This document shows, in pieces, positions 1-8,075 of a DNA stretch of 64,000 nucleotides. Each line of letters opens with the position of its first letter. The first letter of the stretch is position 1. The position numbers and the translations under genes are program-made. The DNA is from Candidatus Freyarchaeum deiterrae (GTDB lineage: Archaea > Asgardarchaeota > Jordiarchaeia > Jordiarchaeales > Jordiarchaeaceae): the NCBI GenBank assembly GCA_037305845.1, contig CP147778.1:1984001-2048000 (forward strand). The letters are read 5' to 3'. The notes beneath the pieces were generated by a model. That model searched no databases. It had not been told where the DNA came from and saw only the letters and a program-made list of their open reading frames with translations.

Positions 1-545
1 TCCTCTTTCTTTTCCTCTAACCTGAATTGGCGTATCGCCTCAAGAAAAGGCATCGCTTCAATATCACCAACAGTTCCCCCCACTTCCGTAATCAGTATAT
101 CCGGTTTCTTTTTCACAGCTACGTGTCTTATTCTCCTCTTTATTTCGTCAGTGATGTGAGGTATGATCTGGGTGGTGCGTCCCAGAAACTCTCCCTCTCT
201 CTCCTTGAGAATAACTCTAAGATAGACCTGCCCCGAAGTTATGTTCTGCTCAGGAGACATATTCTCTCCTAGAAAGCGCTCGTAACTTCCAAAATCCTGA
301 TCTATCTCCGATATTTTGAGACTAAAACCCTCTACGGGTTTAAACTCCCAAACTTCCTCAGTTATGTAAACTTCACCATGTTCAATTGGATTAAGAGTAC
401 CCGGGTCAACATTTAGATACGGGTCAATCTTAATCGCCTCTACACTATAACCCCGAAACTGAAACAGTTTACCTACGGAGGCGGTGGTAACGCCCTTTCC
501 AACTCCACTCATCACGCCGCCAGTTACGAAGATGTATTTTACCAT
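1..545 (-). CDS. pyrG: CTP synthase, N-terminal part (runs off the left window edge; missing from the ORF track)
   Basis: Manual translation from ATG at 545: [23 protein letters not shown]...[21 protein letters not shown]...[11 protein letters not shown]...[21 protein letters not shown], the diagnostic CTP synthase motifs. Confidence 0.96.
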   Translation of the reverse strand, partial: MVKYIFVTGGVMSGVGKGVTTASVGKLFQFRGYSVEAIKIDPYLNVDPGTLNPIEHGEVYITEEVWEFKPVEGFSLKISEIDQDFGSYERFLGENMSPEQNITSGQVYLRVILKEREGEFLGRTTQIIPHITDEIKRRIRHVAVKKKPDILITEVGGTVGDIEAMPFLEAIRQFRLEEKKE

Positions 546-797
546 GTTATCTTCTCCAACCAAATTTACTATTCTGAATAGTGTTAATAAGTATACCTAC
601 ATCCATATTATGAAAAGTAATTTGTCACGAAAAGAGTTTTAAAACTAGTCTTACAAAAATTTCTATGTCTGTGTTTACGGATGTTACGCAAATTTTTTAA
701 GACTCTTAGTCTCAAGGAGTTAACTGTATTTAGTCTGTATTACCAATTCTTATATACTTGCTATTGGTGGTTTCGGAGTAACTTCGGAGGTTAAACC

Positions 798-959
798 TTG
801 CCTTACAGATTAAAGACAGTAAAATGTCCAGAGTGCGGTTACACGTATCAACTGGTTCTTTCTGAAGATGATAACAACTGCGAACATTTATGTGTACGGT
901 GCTTCCAGAAAAAGGAAAAGGCTAAGGAAACGAGGGAAGCTCATATTAAAATACGATAA
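798..959 (+). CDS. Small CPxCG zinc-ribbon protein, 53 aa (below the ORF-track cutoff)
   Basis: GGAGG at 786-790, TTG start at 798. MPYRLKTVKCPECGYTYQLVLSEDDNNCEHLCVRCFQKKEKAKETREAHIKIR has two CxxC pairs and is followed by a T-rich tract. Confidence 0.75.
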   Translation: MPYRLKTVKCPECGYTYQLVLSEDDNNCEHLCVRCFQKKEKAKETREAHIKIR

Positions 960-1075
960 AAAGCTATATTATAACTTCTCTCTTTTTTATTTGATGCGTT
1001 TTATATTCGAAAAGGGTTGTTTACCTTTTTAATTCCACCAAATTTTATGGTTGTAAGTTTTTAGCTCGTTTGAAA

Positions 1076-2080
1076 TTAAGACATTTTAGTTCTTAGTTTA
1101 AGTGGTTTTCCAAGGGATTTGTCGTATACGAAGAGCACTTCCTCGGAATCGAGTCCTATCTCTCCAATTATCGTGTTGTCCTCAATGAACTTGCTTTTGT
1201 AAATCACCCTTATGGGTTCACTTAACCCCAAAGTTACTATAAGGCGGTCTTTGAGTTCCCGTATGGTTTCTTGTTTATCGATCGCGTATTCGATACCTTC
1301 TAGTTTGTATTTGTCGCTACAGATTATGCATTTAGGATTTCTTTCTAGTTTAATTGTTGTAAAGCTTTGGCTCATTCCATCATAAAACAAGTAATTATCA
1401 ATGAGCGGAGATAAGCCAAGTAGTATTTTGATAGTATCTTGTGCTTGGATGCCGCTAAGAACTGCTGTAATAGTTGAGACCGAGGGAAACTTAGACTGTT
1501 CAACTTCAACTTCTAACTTTTCTCTCTTCTTACCTGGTGGTGTGCATGATTTTTGGAATCTCTCACGAGGGAGAAGTGGCTGGCACTCCAGACATGGTGT
1601 TAAATAAGGTATTATGACCTGAATATTACCATACCATCCATACATCCCGCCGTGGACTAAGGGTTTGTTAAGGCTAACACATAAAGAGTTCAGCCAACGT
1701 CTTGCCTCAAAGGTATCAAGTCCGTCAACAATCACATCGCTTTCCTCGTAGTATTTGCGAGGCACGTTAATAATACTCTCATTTCGGTCTATAACTTCAA
1801 CGTTTGGATTAATTTCTTTAAGTTTTTCCGCTGCTACCTTCGCTTTAAATTTGTCAATATCGCTTTCAGTAAATAAAAGCTGACGATTAAGATTAGATAA
1901 TTCAATAGTATCCATGTCTACAAGTATTAGCTTTCCTACTCCAGCTAAAGCCAATAAAGCCGCAACCATTGACCCCAATGCACCGACGCCAGATATGAGG
2001 ACAGTTGATTTCTTAAGTTTGTCCTGATTCCACCCCTCAAGCAGTTCCTGTCGATGATATCTACTGTCAACTTTTTTCAA
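1076..2080 (-). CDS. Ubiquitin-activating enzyme E1 (ThiF/MoeB adenylation fold plus C-terminal ubiquitin-fold-like domain)
   Basis: RYHRQ, GVGALG, DMDTIELSNLNRQLLF, Zn pairs CLEC and CIIC, candidate catalytic SCT, ~70-aa C-terminal extension; downstream of the E2 and ubiquitin genes. Confidence 0.9.
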   Translation of the reverse strand: MKKVDSRYHRQELLEGWNQDKLKKSTVLISGVGALGSMVAALLALAGVGKLILVDMDTIELSNLNRQLLFTESDIDKFKAKVAAEKLKEINPNVEVIDRNESIINVPRKYYEESDVIVDGLDTFEARRWLNSLCVSLNKPLVHGGMYGWYGNIQVIIPYLTPCLECQPLLPRERFQKSCTPPGKKREKLEVEVEQSKFPSVSTITAVLSGIQAQDTIKILLGLSPLIDNYLFYDGMSQSFTTIKLERNPKCIICSDKYKLEGIEYAIDKQETIRELKDRLIVTLGLSEPIRVIYKSKFIEDNTIIGEIGLDSEEVLFVYDKSLGKPLKLRTKMS

Positions 2081-2126
2081 GGCTAAACCCTCTTAAAAGG
2101 TATATAGTATGTAGTGGTTAAAAAAA

Positions 2127-2585
2127 TTACTTTCCAAGATTGTTCCAGGTAGCATATTTTTTGACGTGCTCCTTTGCAGTTTTAGAGAAATCATCCAAAT
2201 TTTTGGTCATTTCTTTAGCTGCTAGTGTGTTTAAGGGGGAATGAGGATTTGGATAATTAAGGAGATTTCTTAGGGTTTCTATTACACCCGTTATGCTCAT
2301 GCTAGGTAGCCAATCCTTGCCCAAAATATTTACACACACGTTTTTTTGAAATATGTTGGGATGCCAGATATCAGTATTCCAAACCACTTTTGGGGGCTCA
2401 TAAGGAAATTTTCTTGGGAGGATTATCTCTATTTCAAATACGCCTGACTCGTATATTCCCGTCCCTATAATAAACCCCGTCCACCTTCTCAAGTCTCCAT
2501 CAACTGGGTGAAAAGACGGTTCTTCTTCTTCCATTTGTTTAGCTTCGTATACAAGTCTTGCTTCGTATTCTTCGTCTGATAGAAT
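2127..2585 (-). CDS. Ubiquitin-conjugating enzyme E2 (start uncertain: first ATG at 2534, but the conserved helix 1 extends to about 2585)
   Basis: FPYEPPKV, WHPNI, catalytic CVNIL, DWLP, PNPHSPLN..AA are all UBC-family motifs. Confidence 0.95.
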   Translation of the reverse strand: MLSDEEYEARLVYEAKQMEEEEPSFHPVDGDLRRWTGFIIGTGIYESGVFEIEIILPRKFPYEPPKVVWNTDIWHPNIFQKNVCVNILGKDWLPSMSITGVIETLRNLLNYPNPHSPLNTLAAKEMTKNLDDFSKTAKEHVKKYATWNNLGK

Positions 2586-3063
2586 CTTGATCCCACCGGG
2601 TGCGCATTATTTAATAACTTCCTGAAAGTGGATACTGTCTCGTATCTATAAATTTTTAATGATTCTTAATTAAGAGAGGGAAGAAAGACTTTATAAACTC
2701 GTAGCCAAAAGGCGGAGTATTTTCTCCTTTTTAAATTGAATAATTTCATATAGCCTTTACTAGTACAGAGAGATTTTGGTTGTTTGAACTACGCGTTTTA
2801 GGAGGCGTCTTTCAGACCCCGGGTTAGTTCTTTCTTCGCTTTTCTCAGCGTAGCCAAAGGCTTATTAAAATATTTTAAGCGCCATGCTTTCAATCTTTTT
2901 TAATTTCTATGCCTTTAGGCAACTTTCTCTCTTATCTTTGAGAGTATCTTACCTGATATTTATATTAATTAGAAATTTAAAAACATATTCGGGAGTCGCA
3001 AACTATAAATAGTTTAAAAAAATGATGGTTTTCTTTGCGTTTCAATGAAAAAAGGTAGCGTTT

Positions 3064-3315
3064 TTAGTAGGGTCCTCCCTCAGTTCGGGTAACAAGGTAT
3101 AATTTGTCGTAGGGCTGAACGCCAGCTTTTTCTAGTGTTGTATCGTTTTCGAGTTGCTGGCCTCTGTACACCAGAATTAGAGTTGAGGCAGGTACTCTTT
3201 TTTTCTTAGCTACCTGAGATTTTATGTTCTCTATTCCCGACTCAGGATCAACATCGAACTCCAAAACCTCTCCGCCAATTGCTGAAACTATTTTTACTAT
3301 CATTTTACTCACCAT
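3064..3315 (-). CDS. Ubiquitin-like modifier, precursor ending GG-PY
   Basis: Beta-grasp pattern IENIKSQV..VP....ILVYRGQQLEND.TL...GV....LYLV.R.EGG, like eukaryotic ubiquitin/NEDD8 rather than SAMP/MoaD. Confidence 0.92.
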   Translation of the reverse strand: MVSKMIVKIVSAIGGEVLEFDVDPESGIENIKSQVAKKKRVPASTLILVYRGQQLENDTTLEKAGVQPYDKLYLVTRTEGGPY

Positions 3316-3569
3316 TTCCTAACTTCTTTAATATCAAGTGGTTTTGAGCAGTTAGGGCAGAAGCCCTTAATCTTTAACCACTCCAATAGATGGTCGCGAT
3401 GTGCCGGGAGTCCACAGAATGGGCAGTAAACTCGTTTCTCATCTTCCCTGATTTTTAGATTACATACTATGCACCTTGCAGGCTTTGAAAAGTCCCATGT
3501 GCCTATAACTTTGACATCGGATACTGTGAATCTTTCAGAGTGGGCTTCCTGCACCTGCATAACCTCCAA
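3309..3569 (-). CDS. Small RING-finger E3 ligase
   Basis: CIVC...CPFC.x4.H.x2.H.LLEW......CPNC; overlaps the ubiquitin start by 7 nt, suggesting translational coupling. Confidence 0.88.
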   Translation of the reverse strand: MEVMQVQEAHSERFTVSDVKVIGTWDFSKPARCIVCNLKIREDEKRVYCPFCGLPAHRDHLLEWLKIKGFCPNCSKPLDIKEVRKW

Positions 3570-3844
3570 TTAGGTGGTATTTAAGTTATACTTAGCATTC
3601 TGTTATTATAATTTTTTTGATTGTGACATTTTTCTACTTTTAAATTCTTTGAGCTTAATTTTTAAAGCAATTTGTGAAATCCTTTTATATTGTAGATTAA
3701 TTTTATTAGAGACATAAGCCTAAATAAAACCAAGAATTACTACTAATCCTCCCATTCGGGAACTTTATTTGGGCAAGTTAAGCTTGTTTGCAAGGCTTAG
3801 ACTGCTTAAACCCTAAAAAAACTTAAGAACCGGTTTCAGGGGCG

Positions 3845-4306
3845 ATGAGTTTGCCAGAACAGAAAGAGAAAGTAAAAATTCAGATAGATGCTATTAAGAC
3901 GCCCGCGGGTGATGTTCCTACTGTGGACTCCTTAAAAAGGGTTGTAGACGGTTTAAACGTCATGAACTCCGATATGGCTAACCTTGGTACGGACGTATCA
4001 AAAAATATGTCCTCTATGGATAAAGAACTCAGAAACATTCGCAAGTTAATCGCTGAAGAAACGGTTTCCTTCGAAGTGATGTCACAGAAACTGGAGAAAG
4101 TTGGTAACCAGTTAGAAGTGTTGGCCAAGAGTGAAAAAGAAAAGTGGGAAGCTCTTCAAGGAATCATGATGGATGTAGGAGAAATTTTAAAAGGCTTTCA
4201 AGCAACTCTCGAGGAGTATGTCTCAAGGGTTGACCGCAGAATAAATGAAACGCTTAAGGCATTAGCGGAAATAATTGCAGTCACCGCTAAAGAAGAGCAA
4301 AAATAA
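3845..4306 (+). CDS. Hypothetical coiled-coil protein
   Basis: 153-aa ORF with continuous heptad pattern and no TM; divergent from the ubiquitin cluster. Confidence 0.7.
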   Translation: MSLPEQKEKVKIQIDAIKTPAGDVPTVDSLKRVVDGLNVMNSDMANLGTDVSKNMSSMDKELRNIRKLIAEETVSFEVMSQKLEKVGNQLEVLAKSEKEKWEALQGIMMDVGEILKGFQATLEEYVSRVDRRINETLKALAEIIAVTAKEEQK

Positions 4307-4434
4307 TATCCTAAAACTTAATTTTTGAATAAGATCAGAAAATAGAACTACCTAGAAGTTTTTATTCTAACAATGGTTTTTCAGATGAGTTCCTTTAAAA
4401 AGGTGATATGAGATAAAAAAAGGAGGAGGGTATT

Positions 4435-6231
4435 TTAACCTATTACTAGTTGGGGTTCCTTTCTAACATATTTTCCTTCGCCTTCAATAGTGTAGGACAA
4501 CGAAATTTCCTGTCCCGGCTCTATTCTCTGGAAGTTCCATGTGAGTATCAACTCGTTAATGTTCTCTGTTACCTTGGGTTGTACTTCTTCTGGTTTCCAC
4601 TCAACCAAATTAAAACCTTGTGGGATAAAGTCTTTTACGGTAACGTTTGTCATGCTTACTTCTCCGGTGTTCACAATAACTAGTGGGACTACGTGTTGCC
4701 CTGCTTTCGCTCCTGGAGATACAGCTTCTTTGTATATCTTAACTGCACGACGAGTGTACTTAATTCCAATTTTTGGAGGTTTGCTTTCCAGCTCCGAGTA
4801 CTCCACGTCAGGACCAGGTTGTGTTGTGTTGCCAGTTGCTCTCAATGGAGTTGGATAACTCTTTTCAGGTTTTGGCTCCCAAGCCATCATTGGGTAAACG
4901 CATTTAACGGTTTGCCCCGGGTTTATCCCTCTCACGAGGCTTTTCATATTCTTGACGAAAACTGTTAATCCATGTCTTACTGTGGAGTTGTCGTCGTTAG
5001 GATTTGTTATAATCTCTATACCTTGAGATAATTCTTTTTCATTCACATAAATTTTTACACGTTCGTGTGCGGGGGGTTTAAAGTCCTCTGGGATAGTATC
5101 GTATATTGTCACCTGATCTAGTGCGGCGCTTCCTATATTTGATATTAAAACCGTTACAGTCATCGGTGTTTTATCATAGGCGTCTACTTGGGCTGGTGTG
5201 AAAGTTTTTTCCGCTAGAATTCTCTCCACTGGAAGCATAGTATCCTCCTTGGTAATCTTAGAATACACGTGGCGGGTTACCTCTTTAACTGCTTTGTAAT
5301 CGATGTTTGTTTCGAAGACGGGCATTGTGGGGCTTTTGACGTTAAACTTGTACTCCCACGATTGTTTTGGAGGAACATCCTTGTTAGGTTCCAAAGAAAG
5401 AAGCTGTTCTTTCTTCTCTCCCTTGATTTGGAAGATTTCCACCTTTAGGAGTCTTTGTAGAAATTCACTCGTGTTCAAAAACTCGATTGTACAATCCCAT
5501 GTTGATGGGTGTGAAGGCGACTCTGATGGTTCTATTGCAAATCTACTATCTGAAATTGCTGTGATGTCCGGGTTTAGCAGTGACCTAGTTCTATCTTTAA
5601 TGTGGTATTCTGCTATAACTTTGCCTGCACCAATTGGTTCTATGGATTCGGCAGTGATTCTTAATTTAACAACCAGAGTGGCGTCGCTTCCTGCTGACAG
5701 TTCAAAATTCTTCCATACGACCTCTCTTGATTCCGATTCAAACTCAGCGGCTCCTGTATTCGGCGGCTCTATTTCTGGATCTCCAAAACCCTTTGGTATA
5801 ACTTTTCGTATTTTTATACTGTCAATATATGTATCAGTTGGGTTGCTGACTGTGATAGTGCAACTTACAGGCATCGGTCTCTTGTACACTAAGGCCCAGT
5901 TAATTTGCTCATCTTCATCACAAGTGTCCACTGTTTCCTTCAATTTGAGAACTGTTTCCTCAACAGGCACATTATACTCTTTCGCCCAATTGTTACCTGC
6001 TAAGACTGCACCAACTGGTATAACGCTCTCTTTCAATGATGTGGTTTCTATGCCTCCGACTCGAATTTCACCGTTCCATATCCTGTTTTTTGAACTCTGG
6101 TTATTAACGGAGATAACTCCTCTTACTTTTAGGCTTTTAATCTCATGTTTCTCGGTTAAAACGCAGTCTTCGTTCTCAGTCACATCCAAGTTTAATTTTA
6201 AACCTTCTGAGCTCACAATTGTTTCCCTCAC
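4435..6231 (-). CDS. All-beta protein: mu-adaptin homology (MHD)-like N-terminal region plus DUF11/Ig-like repeats
   Basis: LNLDVTE..DCVL......LKVRGVI and IPKGFGDPEI....GAAEF..ESREVVWK.FEL resemble MHD strands. C-terminal V.N.G......V.I.D.IP.GF repeats. No signal peptide. Confidence 0.6.
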   Translation of the reverse strand: MRETIVSSEGLKLNLDVTENEDCVLTEKHEIKSLKVRGVISVNNQSSKNRIWNGEIRVGGIETTSLKESVIPVGAVLAGNNWAKEYNVPVEETVLKLKETVDTCDEDEQINWALVYKRPMPVSCTITVSNPTDTYIDSIKIRKVIPKGFGDPEIEPPNTGAAEFESESREVVWKNFELSAGSDATLVVKLRITAESIEPIGAGKVIAEYHIKDRTRSLLNPDITAISDSRFAIEPSESPSHPSTWDCTIEFLNTSEFLQRLLKVEIFQIKGEKKEQLLSLEPNKDVPPKQSWEYKFNVKSPTMPVFETNIDYKAVKEVTRHVYSKITKEDTMLPVERILAEKTFTPAQVDAYDKTPMTVTVLISNIGSAALDQVTIYDTIPEDFKPPAHERVKIYVNEKELSQGIEIITNPNDDNSTVRHGLTVFVKNMKSLVRGINPGQTVKCVYPMMAWEPKPEKSYPTPLRATGNTTQPGPDVEYSELESKPPKIGIKYTRRAVKIYKEAVSPGAKAGQHVVPLVIVNTGEVSMTNVTVKDFIPQGFNLVEWKPEEVQPKVTENINELILTWNFQRIEPGQEISLSYTIEGEGKYVRKEPQLVIG

Positions 6232-6377
6232 TAATTCTTAGACTGAATCAATTTTACTCTTAATTTTTGCTTGTATAAATTATTACACTTCAAGATTCTT
6301 TAACCTTTTTACCCAAATATATGGTAGTAATCTTCTATGATTACAAGTTGGCGCTCAAATTTTACTTATTGAGTTGT

Positions 6378-7067
6378 CTAATCTATCCTAAACTCCGTTC
6401 CCGCTGACCATTTAACACTTATTTCATCACCGGGTTTCATTTTCCTAAACTTGGTGCTTGGTGCTACAGTTTCCGCATGGGTAAAGAAGTATTCTATTTC
6501 AGGGTCTGTTCTAATATGCATAGGTATGGCAAGTTGAGGCTTAATGTCCGCAATAGCAGATAAAGATTGATTACTGTTGAAGGCTTCCGTTTCATCGACT
6601 CCGATTAGTACGACATCGATTGGATACTTTTCTAAAAATCCCTTAGTCATGGCGTCGCCGAGGTGTGCTACGCGTACACCTTCTATCTCCACTATGAAAC
6701 TCAGATTTGGTACTTCAACAGGTGCTACAGAGGGACCGTGTTTAAGATCCAGAGCTGTAATTTTTACATTCGGTCTATCAAAACGTTCTCCGCTTTTCAT
6801 TTTTCTTACGAGCCATTCTGGGGTGCCTTCTTTTAGCGCTATGTTTATGACGTATTCATTTCCGAGTACAAACGCCTTCTGATTTGAAGAAAGCTTGGCT
6901 GTGTTCCCTAAATGATCCTTATGTTCATGTGATACGCAGATAATGTTTGTTTTTTCAGATTCTGGCACACATGCTTTATCACCTAGTATTCCCGGGTCGA
7001 ATACTACGCTGACCTTCGGTGAATAAAATTTGAAGGCTGCGTGTCCAAAGTATTTTAACATCGGCAT
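6378..7067 (-). CDS. Metallo-beta-lactamase-fold hydrolase (UPF0173/UlaG-like)
   Basis: GHAAF, FDP, SHEHKDH, HLGD, IPMH motifs. Confidence 0.88.
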   Translation of the reverse strand: MPMLKYFGHAAFKFYSPKVSVVFDPGILGDKACVPESEKTNIICVSHEHKDHLGNTAKLSSNQKAFVLGNEYVINIALKEGTPEWLVRKMKSGERFDRPNVKITALDLKHGPSVAPVEVPNLSFIVEIEGVRVAHLGDAMTKGFLEKYPIDVVLIGVDETEAFNSNQSLSAIADIKPQLAIPMHIRTDPEIEYFFTHAETVAPSTKFRKMKPGDEISVKWSAGTEFRID

Positions 7068-7388
7068 GTCTAATCCACCATTTCATTATTAGTCATAATA
7101 CAGAATTAGATTACTCATGAAAATCGGTCAAGTAGTGTTTAGTATCTAAGACAATGATTGAGAGTCTCAATAGTTAAAATAGAAGTTTGGTTGTATTTTT
7201 AGTTTTTGGTACTTTATAACAGGATTGTTTAGAAATTTTCTTTTTTTGGAGGAAATAACCCGATTCGCTGTTAACAAATACGAATTAATATGTTTCTTGT
7301 TTCTAGTTTTCTGAGAAAAGATAAATAGCTTTAGGATAACTAATATCACATAGACGAATTATTGAATTACTTTTTGTGGTGAACTGAC

Positions 7389-7964
7389 TTGGAAGAAAAA
7401 TCAAATAAAGACAGCTCCTCGCATCGAGAGCCTGTTGATGACGCGTCTCTGGATAAGCAGTTTGACAAAGTTGAAGAAATAACTGTGATTGAACTAGAAG
7501 AACTAGCCGACGCACTAGAGTTCATTTTGGATTTGCAGCCACATGTTTGTGTAATCCGTGGTATCGACTATCCCTGTATACTATGCGAATTAAAATGTGA
7601 CGTCGGGAAATGTCAAGAGATAAAAATAATGCGGGGAAAAGGATTAAAAACGATTAACAGTTCCACACTCTCCCTAAATTTCGAAAAGAGGGACTCGTTT
7701 GAAGAATACTTGATCAGTAAATTAGTTCGAGAGCTAACTCGGGAGAAGCTTAACATTATTGACCCAGAAGAGGGTTACGATATAACATTCTTTTTCAAGC
7801 ATGAAGACCGATGGAGAAAAAATGAAATTATAGTTTTCATACTCGGGCTATTTGACAGAGTAAAAATACTTATGCCTGAAGCTAAGGCGTTAGTAAATAC
7901 CTGGATAAGAAATAAAGTGAAGGGTTTTGAGAGAGAAGAGACTCTTAAAAAAATGAAAGAGTAA
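7389..7964 (+). CDS. Arp2/3 complex subunit 4 (ARPC4/p20)-like protein
   Basis: INSSTLSL.FEKRDSFEEYL..KL and PEEGYDITFFF match ARPC4 INSVRVSI.VKQADEIEKIL..KF and PVEGYDISFLI; EAKALVNTWIR...GF matches EMKLSVNARAR...EF. Confidence 0.75.
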   Translation: MEEKSNKDSSSHREPVDDASLDKQFDKVEEITVIELEELADALEFILDLQPHVCVIRGIDYPCILCELKCDVGKCQEIKIMRGKGLKTINSSTLSLNFEKRDSFEEYLISKLVRELTREKLNIIDPEEGYDITFFFKHEDRWRKNEIIVFILGLFDRVKILMPEAKALVNTWIRNKVKGFEREETLKKMKE

Positions 7965-8075
7965 AACGCAAAGGATTATTTATTAACGAATTAATGCATT
8001 CACGTATTTAGAACTTAGATGCGTTTGAAACTTCTTTAAATATCTGAAAAAATAAGGGTAAAGAGAGCTTGGTCT

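Noticed and set aside
27-272. 81-aa plus-strand ORF
   Set aside because: Antisense shadow of pyrG.
1076-2080. E1 read as a MoeB/ThiF sulfur-transfer enzyme working with TusA
   Set aside because: Adjacent E2, Ub and RING genes plus the UFD-like tail favour protein conjugation.
5303-6241. 312-aa plus-strand ORF
   Set aside because: Antisense shadow of the 598-aa gene; Ser/Leu/Phe-rich with no motifs.
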